A stretch of DNA of 63,577 bases, counting the filler, from Dicyema japonicum (lineage: Eukaryota > Animalia > Dicyemida): assembly GCA_011109175.1 (NCBI GenBank). It is 8 parts of 8 records of this genome, joined end to end, with 100 filler letters (N's around TTAATTAATTAA, not from the genome) between each part and the next. Parts side by side here need not be neighbours in the genome. Positions count along the whole stretch, not along the records: positions 34,613 to 46,638 come from RDEW01000030.1; positions 46,739 to 48,420 come from RDEW01000019.1; positions 48,521 to 53,492 come from RDEW01000002.1; 5 more parts are not named here. One strand, written 5' to 3'. The stretch's first letter is position 1. Each line of letters begins with the position of its first letter. The translations under genes were made by a program, and so were the position numbers. The notes under the pieces are model-generated. The model made no database searches and was not told the origin of the DNA. It worked only from the letters and a program-made list of their open reading frames with translations. Of the stretch, positions 39,126-51,204 are shown piece after piece.

Positions 39126-39960
39126 AATCTGGAATTAGTCGGTTTCTATTCACCACACACTAACTCAGTTGATCGTTCTTTGCGTTAGAGTCTTTTCGGC
39201 GTTCTTCTGACAAAAGAGAGTATTAATATCTTTAGCTACAAACATTCTTCCACATACTTTGGGCATGCAAACATCCGCTCTGAATCTGTCGCAAACTTCT
39301 ATTTGTGCCTTCGTTTTCCAATCGAGCCTCCTGAAGTTCATGGGAAGGCTTTCACTCAGATAAATTATTTAGCTTTTCTTAATTCCATTACATTATTTTA
39401 TATAAAATCTTATTATAATCATTTTCGCTTAACTATAGTTTCCATTTCAATAAATAGTATTTAATTTTATTAACTCATTGGTTAATCAAAAATTGGTTAC
39501 CAGGTAGCTTTTGAAATATCTTTGCTAGGCACGAAACACCTGGATTATGCGAAAGATGTCTTCTATTCTTTTTGCAACCTTTGCGAGTAGACAGAAATCA
39601 TATTTTTTGAATGTCTTAAACTCATCCAAACTACTTGAGCTAATTTTATTTTCTGGTATTACTTAATAGTTGATGAGCTAATTTAACTAACTAACATTCT
39701 CTTAAATCTTCATGTATTGCTAATTTTTTCGAAAAATCAAATTGAACATTATGTAAATTGTATATGCACATTTTTTGGATAACTTCGCTATTAAACAGAA
39801 ATAAATAAATATTCTTAATTCCATTATAAGGATATTTTCTAGACATTCTGACATTATTTTTCCCGTAGGCGAGTTGTCTATAAATTTTCTTTAAAAAATT
39901 CTGAAATTACTCACCAGTAGGAAAATTATATTTATTAAGTATTATATCTGATTTTTTTGT
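39126..39960. repeat. Unclassified diverged repeat unit, copy 1
   Basis: Aligns by eye with 42183-43170, e.g. CTGGAATTAGTCGGTTTCTATTCACC versus CTGGAATCAGTCGGTTTCTACTCACC. Confidence 0.7.
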
Positions 39961-40864
39961 AATAACGATTTTATCTAGATATTTAAATTATCAGATTTTT
40001 TATATTATTTTTTATTGTATGTGAATTTTTTTATTGGCGAATTCGGGGACAACTCGCTTGTAACTGACTTAACAAAAATCATTTATTATATATGTAGAGT
40101 CCTCGATTTAATGTGAAGAATTAACGTTTTTTATCGAATAAAAGTGCTAGATGGTTAGTAAAAGATATATTAAAATTAAATTTTGCAGTCTTGTATGATT
40201 TTTGGTTTGACAATTTCTTTTGATTTAAAATCATCTTCAAAATTGGTTCCTATTAATGAAATATTAAAAATTTACGTTTTAGCTCACACAAAAACCACAT
40301 TTTTGAATGAGCAGAATTGTCGTTCCAGTAATAACTTTTTTTAAAAAAGTGAACAGTGTCTTCGTCATCGCCATAATAATGTCGATTATCTGGTTGATCG
40401 ATATCCCAATTAAAATATTTCTTAAAGTTATAATAATAAAACTTGATTTTCTCCATATGAATTAATAAAATGACCTTCCTGTTTAATGTCGTTTATCCCA
40501 AATCTGATGTAATCGTAAAATTTTGAAACAATTTCAATGTAGAGATATTCATTTATTTGTTCACTATGAATATTTGCTAAAACCATATTCTTTTTTCTAC
40601 AATATTTTATCGAATCAATATAAGTTAAATTATTTTTGATTAAAAAATAGCATGTTCCTTTATAACAGTCTAAATATATGCTTTAAAAAATACATTCAGC
40701 TAAAAGCAGCTTCACCAAAAAGATAAGAATTAAACTTGGCATTATTTTACTGCGATTTTTTAATTTTTATAATTACTTTATGCATATTTAACAATGTAAT
40801 AATTAATTTTACGCATTTTTAACTTCTGATGAATCCTTTAAACTTTTTTTTCTTACTATATGTG

Positions 40865-41330
40865 ATCGGCTCTGAACGATGTGATCGTCAGAACTCTGAA
40901 GGCTACAAACTTCCCATCTCAGCTTGAACTAGTGGGTCTCGATCGAAAAGATGGAAAGAGACCTGGCCATTTTCCCCTTCACATCCGGAAGATCTTTGGT
41001 CTGGGACGCAACCTGTGTTGACACTTTTTCAAGCAAGAATCTTTTCAAATCGGTTCAGACACCTGGAGCAGCTGCTTCAAACGCGGAAAACTTAAAAATC
41101 AAGAAATATTCTTCCCTCGGGGACGCTACCGATTTACTCCTGTTGCAACCGGTCATTGGGAACGTTGGTCTATTGACGACTGAGTTCTTGCGCGAACTCG
41201 GAGGAATGCTTGCCAGAAAAAAAAGGGATCAACGAGAAGCGTTATGGCTGAGATCTCGTTCGTTATCCATGCATCCGGCTCTTTAACTAACATTTGTTTC
41301 TTTTGTTAATAAATTTTTTTCAATAAAAAA
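40865..41330 (+). mobile_element. CRE-clade LINE 3' fragment (REL nuclease)
   Basis: ALNDVI, GLDRKDGKRP, LVWDATCVDT, KIKKY, short UTR and A-rich tail. Confidence 0.87.
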
Positions 41331-41391
41331 AAATCTTACTATATTAAATTATTAATAAAGAGTTATTATTTGTTCTAATTTAATTTATTCA

Positions 41392-41550
41392 CTCTACTGG
41401 AGGGGTTTCCACAACTGCATGTAATGGACGTCTTACCCTTTATGCTGTTTCCGGATAGACTCTTTCTGTAGAAGTGGAAACTAGATGCACTTAATCAGTT
41501 GGTTACTTTAACTTCTTTCTCGGTGTATTCGAGGTTATTAATATTAATAA
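41392..41550 (+). repeat. Repeat family A, 3' fragment
   Basis: GGTTTCCACAACTGCATGTAATG...GTAGAAGTGGAAACT...TTACTTTAACTTCTTTCTCGGTGTAT, shared with 51370-51510. Confidence 0.8.
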
Positions 41551-42182
41551 TTTATTCAAAATGAAATTCGAACATAAAAAATTTTCATATTTTTTGATCA
41601 AATATTGACTGATAATCATTCAAGCGAAATCTTATAGCTATTGTCACTGGGAGTAATTCAAAAGAAATTTTATGTACAAAAGTTCCAAATTAAAAAAAAT
41701 GTCACAATGATTAACGTTCAAGTATTAGATATTTATCTTTCTACAATTCGCAACAACTGTATTATAATTATTACCTCAGGATCACCGTGATTAAAATATA
41801 GTTCCCAACTAACCAAGTAACCCAAGAACGATACATGTGAAGTCCAATCCGACGTGGACAAGAATCCAGGATGACTTTTCAGAAACGATATATTGTTATC
41901 TTGTATCTAAGTTTGTCTATATGACATATATTATTGGTTTTATAGAGGTAGCTGATAGGCCTAGTAACTGCTCCAATCATCTTCTGTTGTCATCCATTCA
42001 AAATTGTTTCCAGAGGGGTGGACATAAATTGTGGCCGATTACTATTATTACAACTTCCTGTATTACGGACAGTTTAAAGATATAGCTACAGGAAATTGAT
42101 ATTGACCTTACCTCATTTGCGTAGGTCAAAGACGGTGTACAAATTGTTGATTCACAGCGGATAAGGGGTCCAGGATCCAACT

Positions 42183-43170
42183 AATTCTGGAATCAGTCGG
42201 TTTCTACTCACCATCTATTAACTCAGTTGATGGTTCTGTACGTTGGACTCCTGTTACGCTCTTCTGGCAAAAGAGATTGTTAAGACCTTTACCATTGACT
42301 ATTCTTCTACATTTCTGTTGGTATAGAAACATCCGTTCTGAATCGGTTGCAAACCCTTATTTTGTGACATCGTCATCCAATTGATTCGACTAAGGATTAT
42401 GGTAAGCTTTTACTTCAAATAAATTATTTAGTTTTTCTTAATTCCATTACATTATTTTATATAAAATCATATTATATTCATTTTCCCCTTAACTGTTAAG
42501 GCTAAGGCTTAACCTATAGTTTTCATTTCAATAAATAGCATTAAATTTTTTTTTAACTGACTGGTTAATCAAAAAGTTGTTAGAGGTTCCGTTTGAGATA
42601 TTTTTGCTTGCCATGAAACACTAGAGTACAACGCGCTGGATGATCCGAGACCTTTTCGATTTGACAGCATATCATCTTTTTGAATTTTCACAACTTATAC
42701 CACGTTTCCACGCATCTACGATGCTAAAAGGGTTTGATGAATGACGCCGTCATCAGTTGATACTTACTGCGGAACTGGATTGTCTAGAAAGGACCCACAC
42801 ACAATAAAAAAAAAAAAAGAAGTGAAGATCATTCCTTGGTTCTACGATTAGTTAAAATTAACTGTTTTTTACTTAAAATAAAGTGTGTGTCCTGCCTATG
42901 CAGAGCTATAAATATTATGGCTTTTGTAAAAAAGCTATTAAAAATATTACGTCAAAAGTAACTGATCTATGGAGCTACTTCCATTTTTAGCGTATTACTT
43001 AATATTTGCTGACGTAATTTAACTAACTAATAAGATTTTTAAATCTTCGCAAATTTCTAATTTTTGTAAAGAATCAATTATGACATTATGTACATTGCAT
43101 ATGAAAAAATATTTTATTTTTTCCGTAAATTCTTTAGACGTTCTAATATCATAATATTCTCCAAGTCCTT
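42183..43170. repeat. Unclassified diverged repeat unit, copy 2, interrupted by a SINE
   Basis: Homologous to 39126-39960; its tail recurs at about 43920-44080. Confidence 0.65.
42623..42900 (+). mobile_element. SINE family B copy
   Basis: TTCCACGCATCTACGATG, TGATGA-N9-TCATCA hairpin and A-tract plus GAAGTGAA, shared with 46951-47240. Confidence 0.7.
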
Positions 43171-43329
43171 CAAGATAATCATTAATGAATTTTAAAGATT
43201 ATTCATTATATTTATTTTGTCTTTAAAGTTTGATTTTAAATTTTATCACATTCATCATATAATTGTATTTTATTTTCAATTCCACTAAATTCTATGTCCA
43301 TTAAACTTGAAATATGAGTCGCCAAAGTT

Positions 43330-43638
43330 CAGATTGAATATTAGACAAAGTTCTGAAACATTATTTCTAAATTCATATATTTATTCCAACTATTATTTAT
43401 TGTGTCCCTAGTTAATCGAATTTAGGCTTCTTGTCGCAATAAGTTTTATAAAAATTTTCATAAATATCGTCGATACAAATAGCTTCATAGAGGACGCCAG
43501 AAATTGTTTTTAAAAAATAGTTCATGGCGGTTTTTTAAATGGTCGAACCATCCATTTGAGTTTTTGAAATTTTTAAAATTTATCCAAGTCGCGATTGTTC
43601 TGGCAATGTTTTTAATAAAATATCTTGAAACTGAATTC
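43330..43638 (-). pseudogene. Tigger/pogo CENP-B-type HTH remnant
   Basis: FKNFKNSNGWFDHLKNRHELFFK; paralogous to 44725-44960. Confidence 0.75.
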
Positions 43639-43782
43639 NNNNNNNNNNNNNNNNNNNNNNNNNNNNNNNNNNNNNNNNNNNNNNNNNNNNNNNNNNNNNN
43701 NNNNNNNNNNNNNNNNNNNNNNNNNNNNNNNNNNNNNNNNNNNNNNNNNNNNNNNNNNNNNNNNNNNNNNNNNNNNNNNNNN

Positions 43783-43875
43783 CTGAGGGAAGTCGTTCGC
43801 GATCCAAGCAACCGGCTTCCTCAACTAACATTTGTTTTTTTGTTAAATCGTTGTCTTTATTAAAAAAATTAAATA
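43783..43875 (+). mobile_element. CRE-clade LINE extreme 3' end
   Basis: RG.SFAIQ-type terminus with 3' UTR CTAACATTTGTTT...GTTAA like that near 41287. Confidence 0.55.
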
Positions 43876-44099
43876 ACATGTTAAAGATAAAAAAAAGCCA
43901 TTGTATTTATTAATTAAAAATGTAATCGCTAATTTTCCCCTCAATATTTTATTTTTTCCGTAAATTCTTTAGACGTTCTGATATTATAATATTCTCCAAG
44001 TATTTTAGGATAAACATTAATGAATTTTAAAGATTATTCATTGTATTTATTTTGTCTTTAAAGCTTGATTTTCAATTTCTTCACATTTATCAAATATAT

Positions 44100-44690
44100 T
44101 GTCCAATAAAGTCGTGTCCGACTAGATCTCATGAACGAGTTTCTTCCACTCTCCCCTATCCGTTGCAATTTGGAGTAGACTTGATATAGGAATTCCCGTG
44201 ACGTTTTCCACCGTGGATAGCTACCTAGTACTTGGTCGGCCAGGTCTTCTCTTCCCAATAATATCGCTCAGCATAATGGTTCTTTCCAGTGAATCAGAGC
44301 GGACAACATGCCGAAAGAACGCTAATCTGTGTTTTAAGATTCTTCCTTCTAGCGAAATGTCAGTCTCTACCCGTTTGAGTACATCGATGTTTGTTATTTT
44401 GGAAGTCCAAGGGATTCTTAGTAACCTCCTCCAGCACCACAGCTCAAAAACATCAATTTTTCGTATATCCGCCTTTTTCAATATCCATGATTCTGCGCCG
44501 TATAGAAAAACCGGGAACACGATCGCATTAACTAGCCTGCATTCGGTCATTAAGGAAATATCTTTATTTTTCCAAATTCTATTCATTCTCTGGAAGGTGT
44601 CTCGTCCCATGGCAATTCGCCTCTTGATTTCCAAGCCTCCGTCACCATTCCGATTAATTAGACATCCCATAAAAACAACATTATCGCAAT
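44100..44690 (-). mobile_element. RTE-clade LINE RT C-terminus
   Basis: EIKRRIAMGRDTF, RLVNAIVFPVFLYGAESW, IDVFELWCWRRLLRIPWT, GKRRPGRPSTR. Confidence 0.9.
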
Positions 44691-44724
44691 TCTCTATTTT
44701 CTATTCCCAATTTTTAGTTTCATT

Positions 44725-45170
44725 TTTCCATTATTAGCAGTCCCTAGTTAATCGATTTTAGGCTTCTTGTCGCAATAAAGTTTCATAAAAATTTTCATAA
44801 ATATCGTCGATAAGTAGGTTCATAGAGGACACCAGAAATTGTTTTTAAAAGATAGTTTATGACGGTTTTTTAAATGGTCATCAATTTGAGTTTTTGAAAT
44901 TTTTAAAATTTATCCGAGTCGCGATTGTTCTGGCAATGTTTTTAATTAAATATCTTGAAACTGAATTTCATCTTTTCAGGTTTCTGAAAAGTTTAAAAAC
45001 TATACGGGAACTTTATTTTAAAAAAGTGCCCCATATATAGAGGGTTGGTCGAAAATTAAATAAACTATCATAAAATGTACTTTATAAAAAAATGCTCCAT
45101 ATTTGGAGGGTACTCCGAATGTAGAGGGTGCCCCAAACCGGGGTTTTATTGGCCGGGGTTGTACTGCATA
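44725..45170 (-). mobile_element. Tigger/pogo non-autonomous remnant with TIR
   Basis: Copy of the 43330-43638 HTH relic plus terminal CAGTACAACCCCGG-like end. Confidence 0.65.
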
Positions 45171-46810
45171 TGTGAATTCACAAATGCATGATATTATTGT
45201 AAAAACATTTAAAGTTTAAAATAGAATTTATATTAATCCTCACAACTGTTTAATAAAAATTAAAGGATATTTTAAAAGCGTTCATCTTATTTTTTTTATA
45301 AAAAACGAAAATTTCATTGAAATTCTATATACCTAAAATAATTCTAATCATAAGTGGAAGTTATATTCAAGTTGTTAAATATTATTGTAAATATTTATTG
45401 AAGTAAAAAATAAATATACTTTTATTGAAATTGATTTTTAAGATAAAGATGGTTGGAAGTAATCGATTAAAATAAACTACGGAGCACATTATCTGCTATA
45501 TTACGTGCATATTGGTTTATGAATATAATTTACTTCAAAAAACTTTCTTCATCGTAGAAGACGCTGCGAACATATTCAAAAATTGTATTTCAGTAACGAT
45601 TTATCCAGAATTTAAAAGAATCTGAAATCTAGATTTTCTGGTAATAAGTTTTTTCTATTACAAAAATGGAAAAACAGCATATTTTGATTGCACACACTTC
45701 TATTTGAAAAAAAATCTTCAACCACATAATTATCACACGTGGAAAACATTATTAAGATTTTTATTATTGTAAAATTATTATCTAGAGACCGAATTTTTAA
45801 CCTAAAACGTGTTAAATTACATTATTATATTTTTTAGAAAGTTTCTGTTTAGCTTGTTTCATATTTAAAACAAACTTTTTTTCTAATTTGTCGTAAAGTC
45901 AAANATTGTCAAATTCGGAATTTTATAGTAATCAAATTTTTCAGGTCAAAATTTCGGATCTACAACGTCAGAACAATCGCCCTAGTCACTTTAGCCGTTA
46001 ACAATTGCATTTAAGAAGAAAATTTTATACAAAAGTTTTCTATGATCTGGTCGGACGCAAATGCCTGCCAGAATGGTGGCCTTTAAACTGTAACCTAACC
46101 ACAGAAAAACAGATTATATTGTTACAAAATAAATTGAGTTAAAAAAAGTAGAAAATAATCANAAATTTTTCAGGTCAAAATTTCGGATCTGCAACGTCAA
46201 AACAATCGCCCTAGTCACTTTAGCTGTTAACAATTGCATTTAAGAAGAAAATTTTATACATAAGTTTTCTATGATCTGGTCGGACTCAAAGCAAATGCCT
46301 GCCAGAATGGTGGCCTTTAAACTGTAACCTAACCACAGAAAAACAGATTATATTGTTACAAATTAAATTGAGTTAAAAAAAGTAAAAAATAATCAAGTCA
46401 AAGAATATGCAGGATCATGATGTGGTCCATTATATTGTAGAAAGGTCCGTTCATGACCACAATTAGAACATGATATAATAAATCTGCGTCTTCGCAAATA
46501 AATGGTGGAAGACTTGCCAGCAATGAGCAGCATATTACAGTTTTTACATATTGATCGTTTAATGCTTCTATCCCTACAAGATAAGAATTTTTAATACAAT
46601 CTTTGAACAGTTTTCTTACTAATTTTATTCATTGTTGANNNNNNNNNNNNNNNNNNNNNNNNNNNNNNNNNNNNNNNNNNNNTTAATTAATTAANNNNNN
46701 NNNNNNNNNNNNNNNNNNNNNNNNNNNNNNNNNNNNNNAAAATTGACTTTTATTTGTTTTTGCTAATTTAAGGCAATAAAGTTTTATCATTTCAGAAATG
46801 TGATATAAAA

Positions 46811-46927
46811 TGTACGATACTATGAGTTCCCAGGGAGTTACCTCGGCAAGTACTAATACAGTCTACAGCCGCTTAACTTATGTGATCGACGGAGTACAGC
46901 TGGTCACGGCTAACTATGATCGTGGTA
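46811..46927 (-). rRNA. 5S rRNA-like sequence (divergent gene or pseudogene)
   Basis: About 117 nt with GATCACATAAGTTAAGC (box A region), TTAGTACTTG and GGTAACTCCCTGGGAAC (box C region) in the correct order and spacing, ACGAT/ATCGT terminal pairing and a downstream TTTT. Confidence 0.72.
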
Positions 46928-46950
46928 AAAATTCTATAAAAACACTTAAA

Positions 46951-47240
46951 TGAGAGCTGGGTGGCGCAGTGTTACGGTTGACGGGCAAAAAACCTGATGG
47001 CCTCTAGCTCGAACGAATCTCGCTGTTCTACCTTTTGGCTGAAAGTTCCACGCATCTACGATGTTTTGACTTGATGAGTGGCACCGTCATCAGTGAACAT
47101 CTAATCCGGAACTAGATCGTTAACAAAAGTACTCACACCCAACAAAAAGAAAAAAGAAGTGAATCGCAATTCTTGGTTCTCCCTCATCTATCAGTTATGA
47201 TATCTATTCTTCCCTCAAAATAAAGTGTGTGTCCATCCTG
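46951..47240 (+). mobile_element. tRNA-derived SINE family B copy
   Basis: A-box TGGCGCAGTG, B-box-like GCTCGAAC, central hairpin, A-rich tail. Confidence 0.72.
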
Positions 47241-47664
47241 GAAGAAACGTTAGCTAACATGGTTAGTCGTAAAGTGCATTATTTATTTAAAAATAGCATT
47301 TTGTAATCTTTTTATGTCTAATCACTCTTTTCACTATTTTTAAAATTGACAACAAACCATAAAGTAGCTCAAAACTGGACGCTACCAGTGTTCAGTAAAA
47401 TGTACGTGGTGTAACGCAATAATCGAAAACGAATCAGTTTAATAGAACAATCTCGTATTTGTTCTATTAAAATGAAAGAGCAGAACTAGATGGAATCAAA
47501 TTATTTTGTTATAAAATCCTGTGATGTTGTACGTTGACCTCAGCGGAGGGTAGTTTCCAAGGTTGGGAACACTAACAAAAATATTGCTTTCGAATTTTAA
47601 CTAATAGCTTAATTTTAATCTTTTTAGTAATTAAAAATATAAATATTAATTTTATAAATTATTT

Positions 47665-47960
47665 ATTGCAAGGTCCTCGTTATTCCTATAGTAGTGACGT
47701 GGGAAGGAATTGCAACAAAGTATCACAAGGGTTATCTGAAGCAGTTGGGGGTAGATAGGAAGTTCCAGGCCTATCTACAGTCCACTGTGTTAAAGCGGAC
47801 CCTAGAGAGCCTGACACTGGAGTATAGGAGGCAGAGCCCTGAGATGCCATATGGGCAGAGGGTTCAATTGGACAAGGCGCTCTCGGAGTTGTTTCAGCAA
47901 CCAGAATCGAACCTGCCTGAGGAGGCTGGCGAACAGGCAGGCGAGGAAGGTTGTTGATTA
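47665..47960 (+). mobile_element. R4-like LINE 3' end
   Basis: VIPIVVTWEGIATKYHKGYLKQLGV...AYLQSTVLKRTLESL, matching the 3' end of 18102-21702. Confidence 0.82.
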
Positions 47961-48520
47961 TTAAATATATTAACTTTTTTTATTGTTTGTTAAATAAAGT
48001 GGGATTTTTAAATTATTTATTTAAAATCTTTAGTGCTTAAGACTTCTGTCTAATTGGATCCCGTGACCAGGATCTCCTAAAAGCCTCAGAAAGAGTTCAA
48101 AAACAACTACACACGATACCCTGCTGAAGCGCTCTTGTTGTTAAGTTGACACTACCAAGGAACCAACTATTGCACTTAGTATGGTTTTTAACGAGCTAAT
48201 ATCGAGGAAAAATACGAAAGAGACCCTTGCTATATGACCCTACAATCAGACAGTTATCTGAAGACAAGAGAAAAGTTGTTTAAAGCTAGCTACGAAGTGT
48301 GTAACAAGTTGGCCTCCTTATGCTGAATCAAGAAGACAAAGCAAATCACATTGGCCGCTATCTCAGGACTTTATTCCAAGTTGGCAATGCAAGGATCAGT
48401 CAATTCATTAAAACACTGAANNNNNNNNNNNNNNNNNNNNNNNNNNNNNNNNNNNNNNNNNNNNTTAATTAATTAANNNNNNNNNNNNNNNNNNNNNNNN
48501 NNNNNNNNNNNNNNNNNNNN

Positions 48521-49162
48521 AAAAAAATTGTCACTGTGGAGGAGAAAAATACGAAATAACAACGCTTCAATGTTTCCGATGGTAGTGATGATGAACCTGA
48601 AAAATGGATTTCTTCTTTGATTATTGATCATTTCGAAAATTTTGAAAATTAAATTGGAGATTATTTCCCAGTTACTGAACCAATTGCGACTTGGATAATA
48701 CACCCTTTTATTCCGGAAACCAATAAATTAATTCATGACGGCCAAGAAATTGATTTCCAAAAACAGTTGATTGAATAGCGAAATTCGCAGTTTTGCAAGT
48801 TGACATTTAATTCGCTTTCGATTATTAATGAATATCCAATCTTAAGTAAAAACGCATTGGAAACGATAATTCCCTTTCCAACCAGTTATTCATGTGAAAT
48901 GGCAATGTCTTGTTATTCTGAAAAGTAAAGTTCGCAACCGAGTTAAGGTGGAAGACGATATGAGAATGGCACTTACCAACATTGTACCAAAAATTGGACA
49001 GCTAGTTTCTGAAAAGCAGGGTCAAAAATCACACTAACTCTAAATATTATGATTTTTTAATTTTGTTAGATTTTTTTATTAAATTGTTTTATTAAATGTG
49101 GTCCCCAGAAAAAATTCAACTGACTAAAGTGGTCCCCGGTCAAAAAAGGTTAAGAAACACTG
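48521..49162 (+). mobile_element. Buster/Charlie hAT transposase 3' remnant with TIR
   Basis: KKLSLWRRKI, EYPILSKNAL..IPFPTSYSCE, KVRNRVKVEDDMRMAL..IVPKI..LVSEKQGQKSH*, TIR GGTTAAGAAACACTG. Confidence 0.88.
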
Positions 49163-49164
49163 CT

Positions 49165-49400
49165 CTACTGGAACACACCAGGATCACTGGATTAGTCAGA
49201 GTACTTCCGATAACACACAGGTCAATTCAGAACCAACGGAAAGTGAAGACAACATCCTCACCTTACAGTTGTGGGAGTCCCTACAGAGGAATGGGGGTCA
49301 ATATCTTTCTATATGCCATTCTATCACTGAATGATACCTGTGACAGGTAGATCACATGATCTCATTCTAGTAGAAGAGAAGAGAAGTAACGAGGAAAGGA
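49165..49400 (-). repeat. Repeat family A, diverged copy
   Basis: Minus strand reads GAATGAGATCATGTGATCTACCTGTCACAGGTATCATTCAG...CCCACAACTG, colinear with 51289-51400. Confidence 0.65.
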
Positions 49401-49681
49401 ATACCATGTAAGGGGAACCGAACCCATGGAGTATTCTTGACGAAATGAAGCAGGAGAATCACATAATGCTGTGATAGCAAGTAATAGAGAAGTAGCCATA
49501 CAAGGGGATGGATGCTCTTCATCCAAGTAATTAGGGAAACAAATCCACGGACCGTTGTTTCCACAAGTAATCACACTATCGAGAAATTAGTAAATTAATT
49601 TAAAAAAAATTTAAATTTGAAAAATATTTCGTTTTTAGTAAATTAATAAAATTTAAATTATTTCAAATATCTAAGAGGCGC

Positions 49682-50754
49682 ATGTTTTTTGTCATAAATC
49701 CCGTGTCAGGCTCAAAGTCATCAGAAAAGCTGTTCAATTCTCAGATCCTCCCTGCCTTACTGAGTGACAAAATACAGCACAAAAAGCTAATAACAGGTAA
49801 GTCACACTCAACACTAATAGAGTCCATCAGTCACATCGAAACATTTTTCAAAAATGAGTTTGACAAGTCTGCACGTGTCGTCGCTACCATTTCAGGCGAT
49901 GGAACAGTCTTCCACGTGGTCAATAAACTATATGAATTAAATCTCAGTTCCATTCCGCTGATGATTTTCCCCGGGGGAACTGACAACGGAATATACATCG
50001 GTCTCTCGTCCTCAGTGCATTCAGCCGGCCTTCAGGACTATATTCAAAGGTGTTTAACGGCCTATGCCAACCAGAGGACCCAAAATGTGAACTGTATGTC
50101 CCTAAGATTGGACCGAACTGGTTTGAATCTGATCTCCATGCTTTCAATCTCTTTTGGAATGTTCACAGACATTGACTTGATTAGTAAATATCCCAGATCT
50201 CTCACAATCCCACTGACAGCCTTGAGACTCATCATTTCCAGTAATTTTCCTAAGAATTGGCAGATCCCTACAAAAATGACGAATACAGGATTCACTACAA
50301 GCCGGCTTTCCCTGACAAGCCTTTGAAGTCTTACTTTGAAGATTTGAAAGTCGGTAAAAGGGAGGAGCTAGAAAACGGTTGAATGTGTAATTAGTGTAGG
50401 GTGGGAACTTTTGGTGGGGAAATTCGCTGTTGTGATCGTCTGTGCTCAGTCAAACATTGGGAAGGTCTCCTGTTTGCTGCCAGGATTCAGTTCATTCAGC
50501 GGGAATGCGTTGCTGGTTGGTTTGCTTGATATTCCCAGTTTATGATTTCCGTGGAAGGCTGGGTTGATAAGATCAGGTATTTGCTGAATTCAGAGAACCC
50601 CGACATGTCGTCTTACTCCCAAATTGAGGTGATCGAGGTCACTGCCTTCAAAATTATTCCACCAGAAAGAATCGAGAAATTTACGATTGACGGGGAAGTC
50701 CTCGAGGCTCAGCCCGTCGAAGGAACCCTCATTTCTCACCCTTTTTATATTTAA
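49682..50754 (+). CDS. SPHK: Sphingosine kinase-like lipid kinase (DAGK catalytic domain)
   Basis: INPVSG, TISGDGTVFHVVN, FPGGTDNG, FGMFTDIDL, FTIDGE; introns at 49797-49820 (24 nt) and 50516-50538 (23 nt). Middle exon structure unresolved. Confidence 0.82.
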
Positions 50755-51204
50755 TGAGGAGACTTATTATATTAGAGAAACTTCATTCTACACATTAGCT
50801 AAGAGTTCCCTCTCTATTCAGGAATCTAACTACAATGTCCATCTTGTCTACAGGTTTTTTTTCAGATTCTGTTCACTATTTTCTGAATCTTACAAAGAAT
50901 TTTCATTAAATGCAAAAAATGCTGCCTTGGTTTCATTTAGAAACCCACAGAAAATTGACTTTTTCGAAAAAATACCTTAATGTCCTTCTACCTACATCTA
51001 TTCTACCAACTTCTCTTCAAGCTTTGAAAATTTTGGTTTATGTGGAGTTTTAATTTCAGTTGAAAATTTTTAGAATCTTTTCTGTTTATAGTCAACAATT
51101 TGAGTTTTTCATTAAAAACAAGAGACGTGTCAATTAAAATTTTATTTTTTCCAATTTGTATTAAAAATTGTGGTCAATGAAGTCAATGTTAAAGTTTTTA
51201 ATAA

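Noticed and set aside
42700-42760. Hammerhead ribozyme on the minus strand (CTGATGA ... GAAAC)
   Set aside because: No proper stem II between CUGAUGA and GAAA, and the sister copy at 47040-47095 lacks GAAA
33640-50754. Functional cluster of CIB with sphingosine kinase (CIB1 binds SphK1 in mammals) and Cav1
   Set aside because: Genes are 15 kb or more apart, separated by TEs, with no shared regulatory signal seen; likely coincidence
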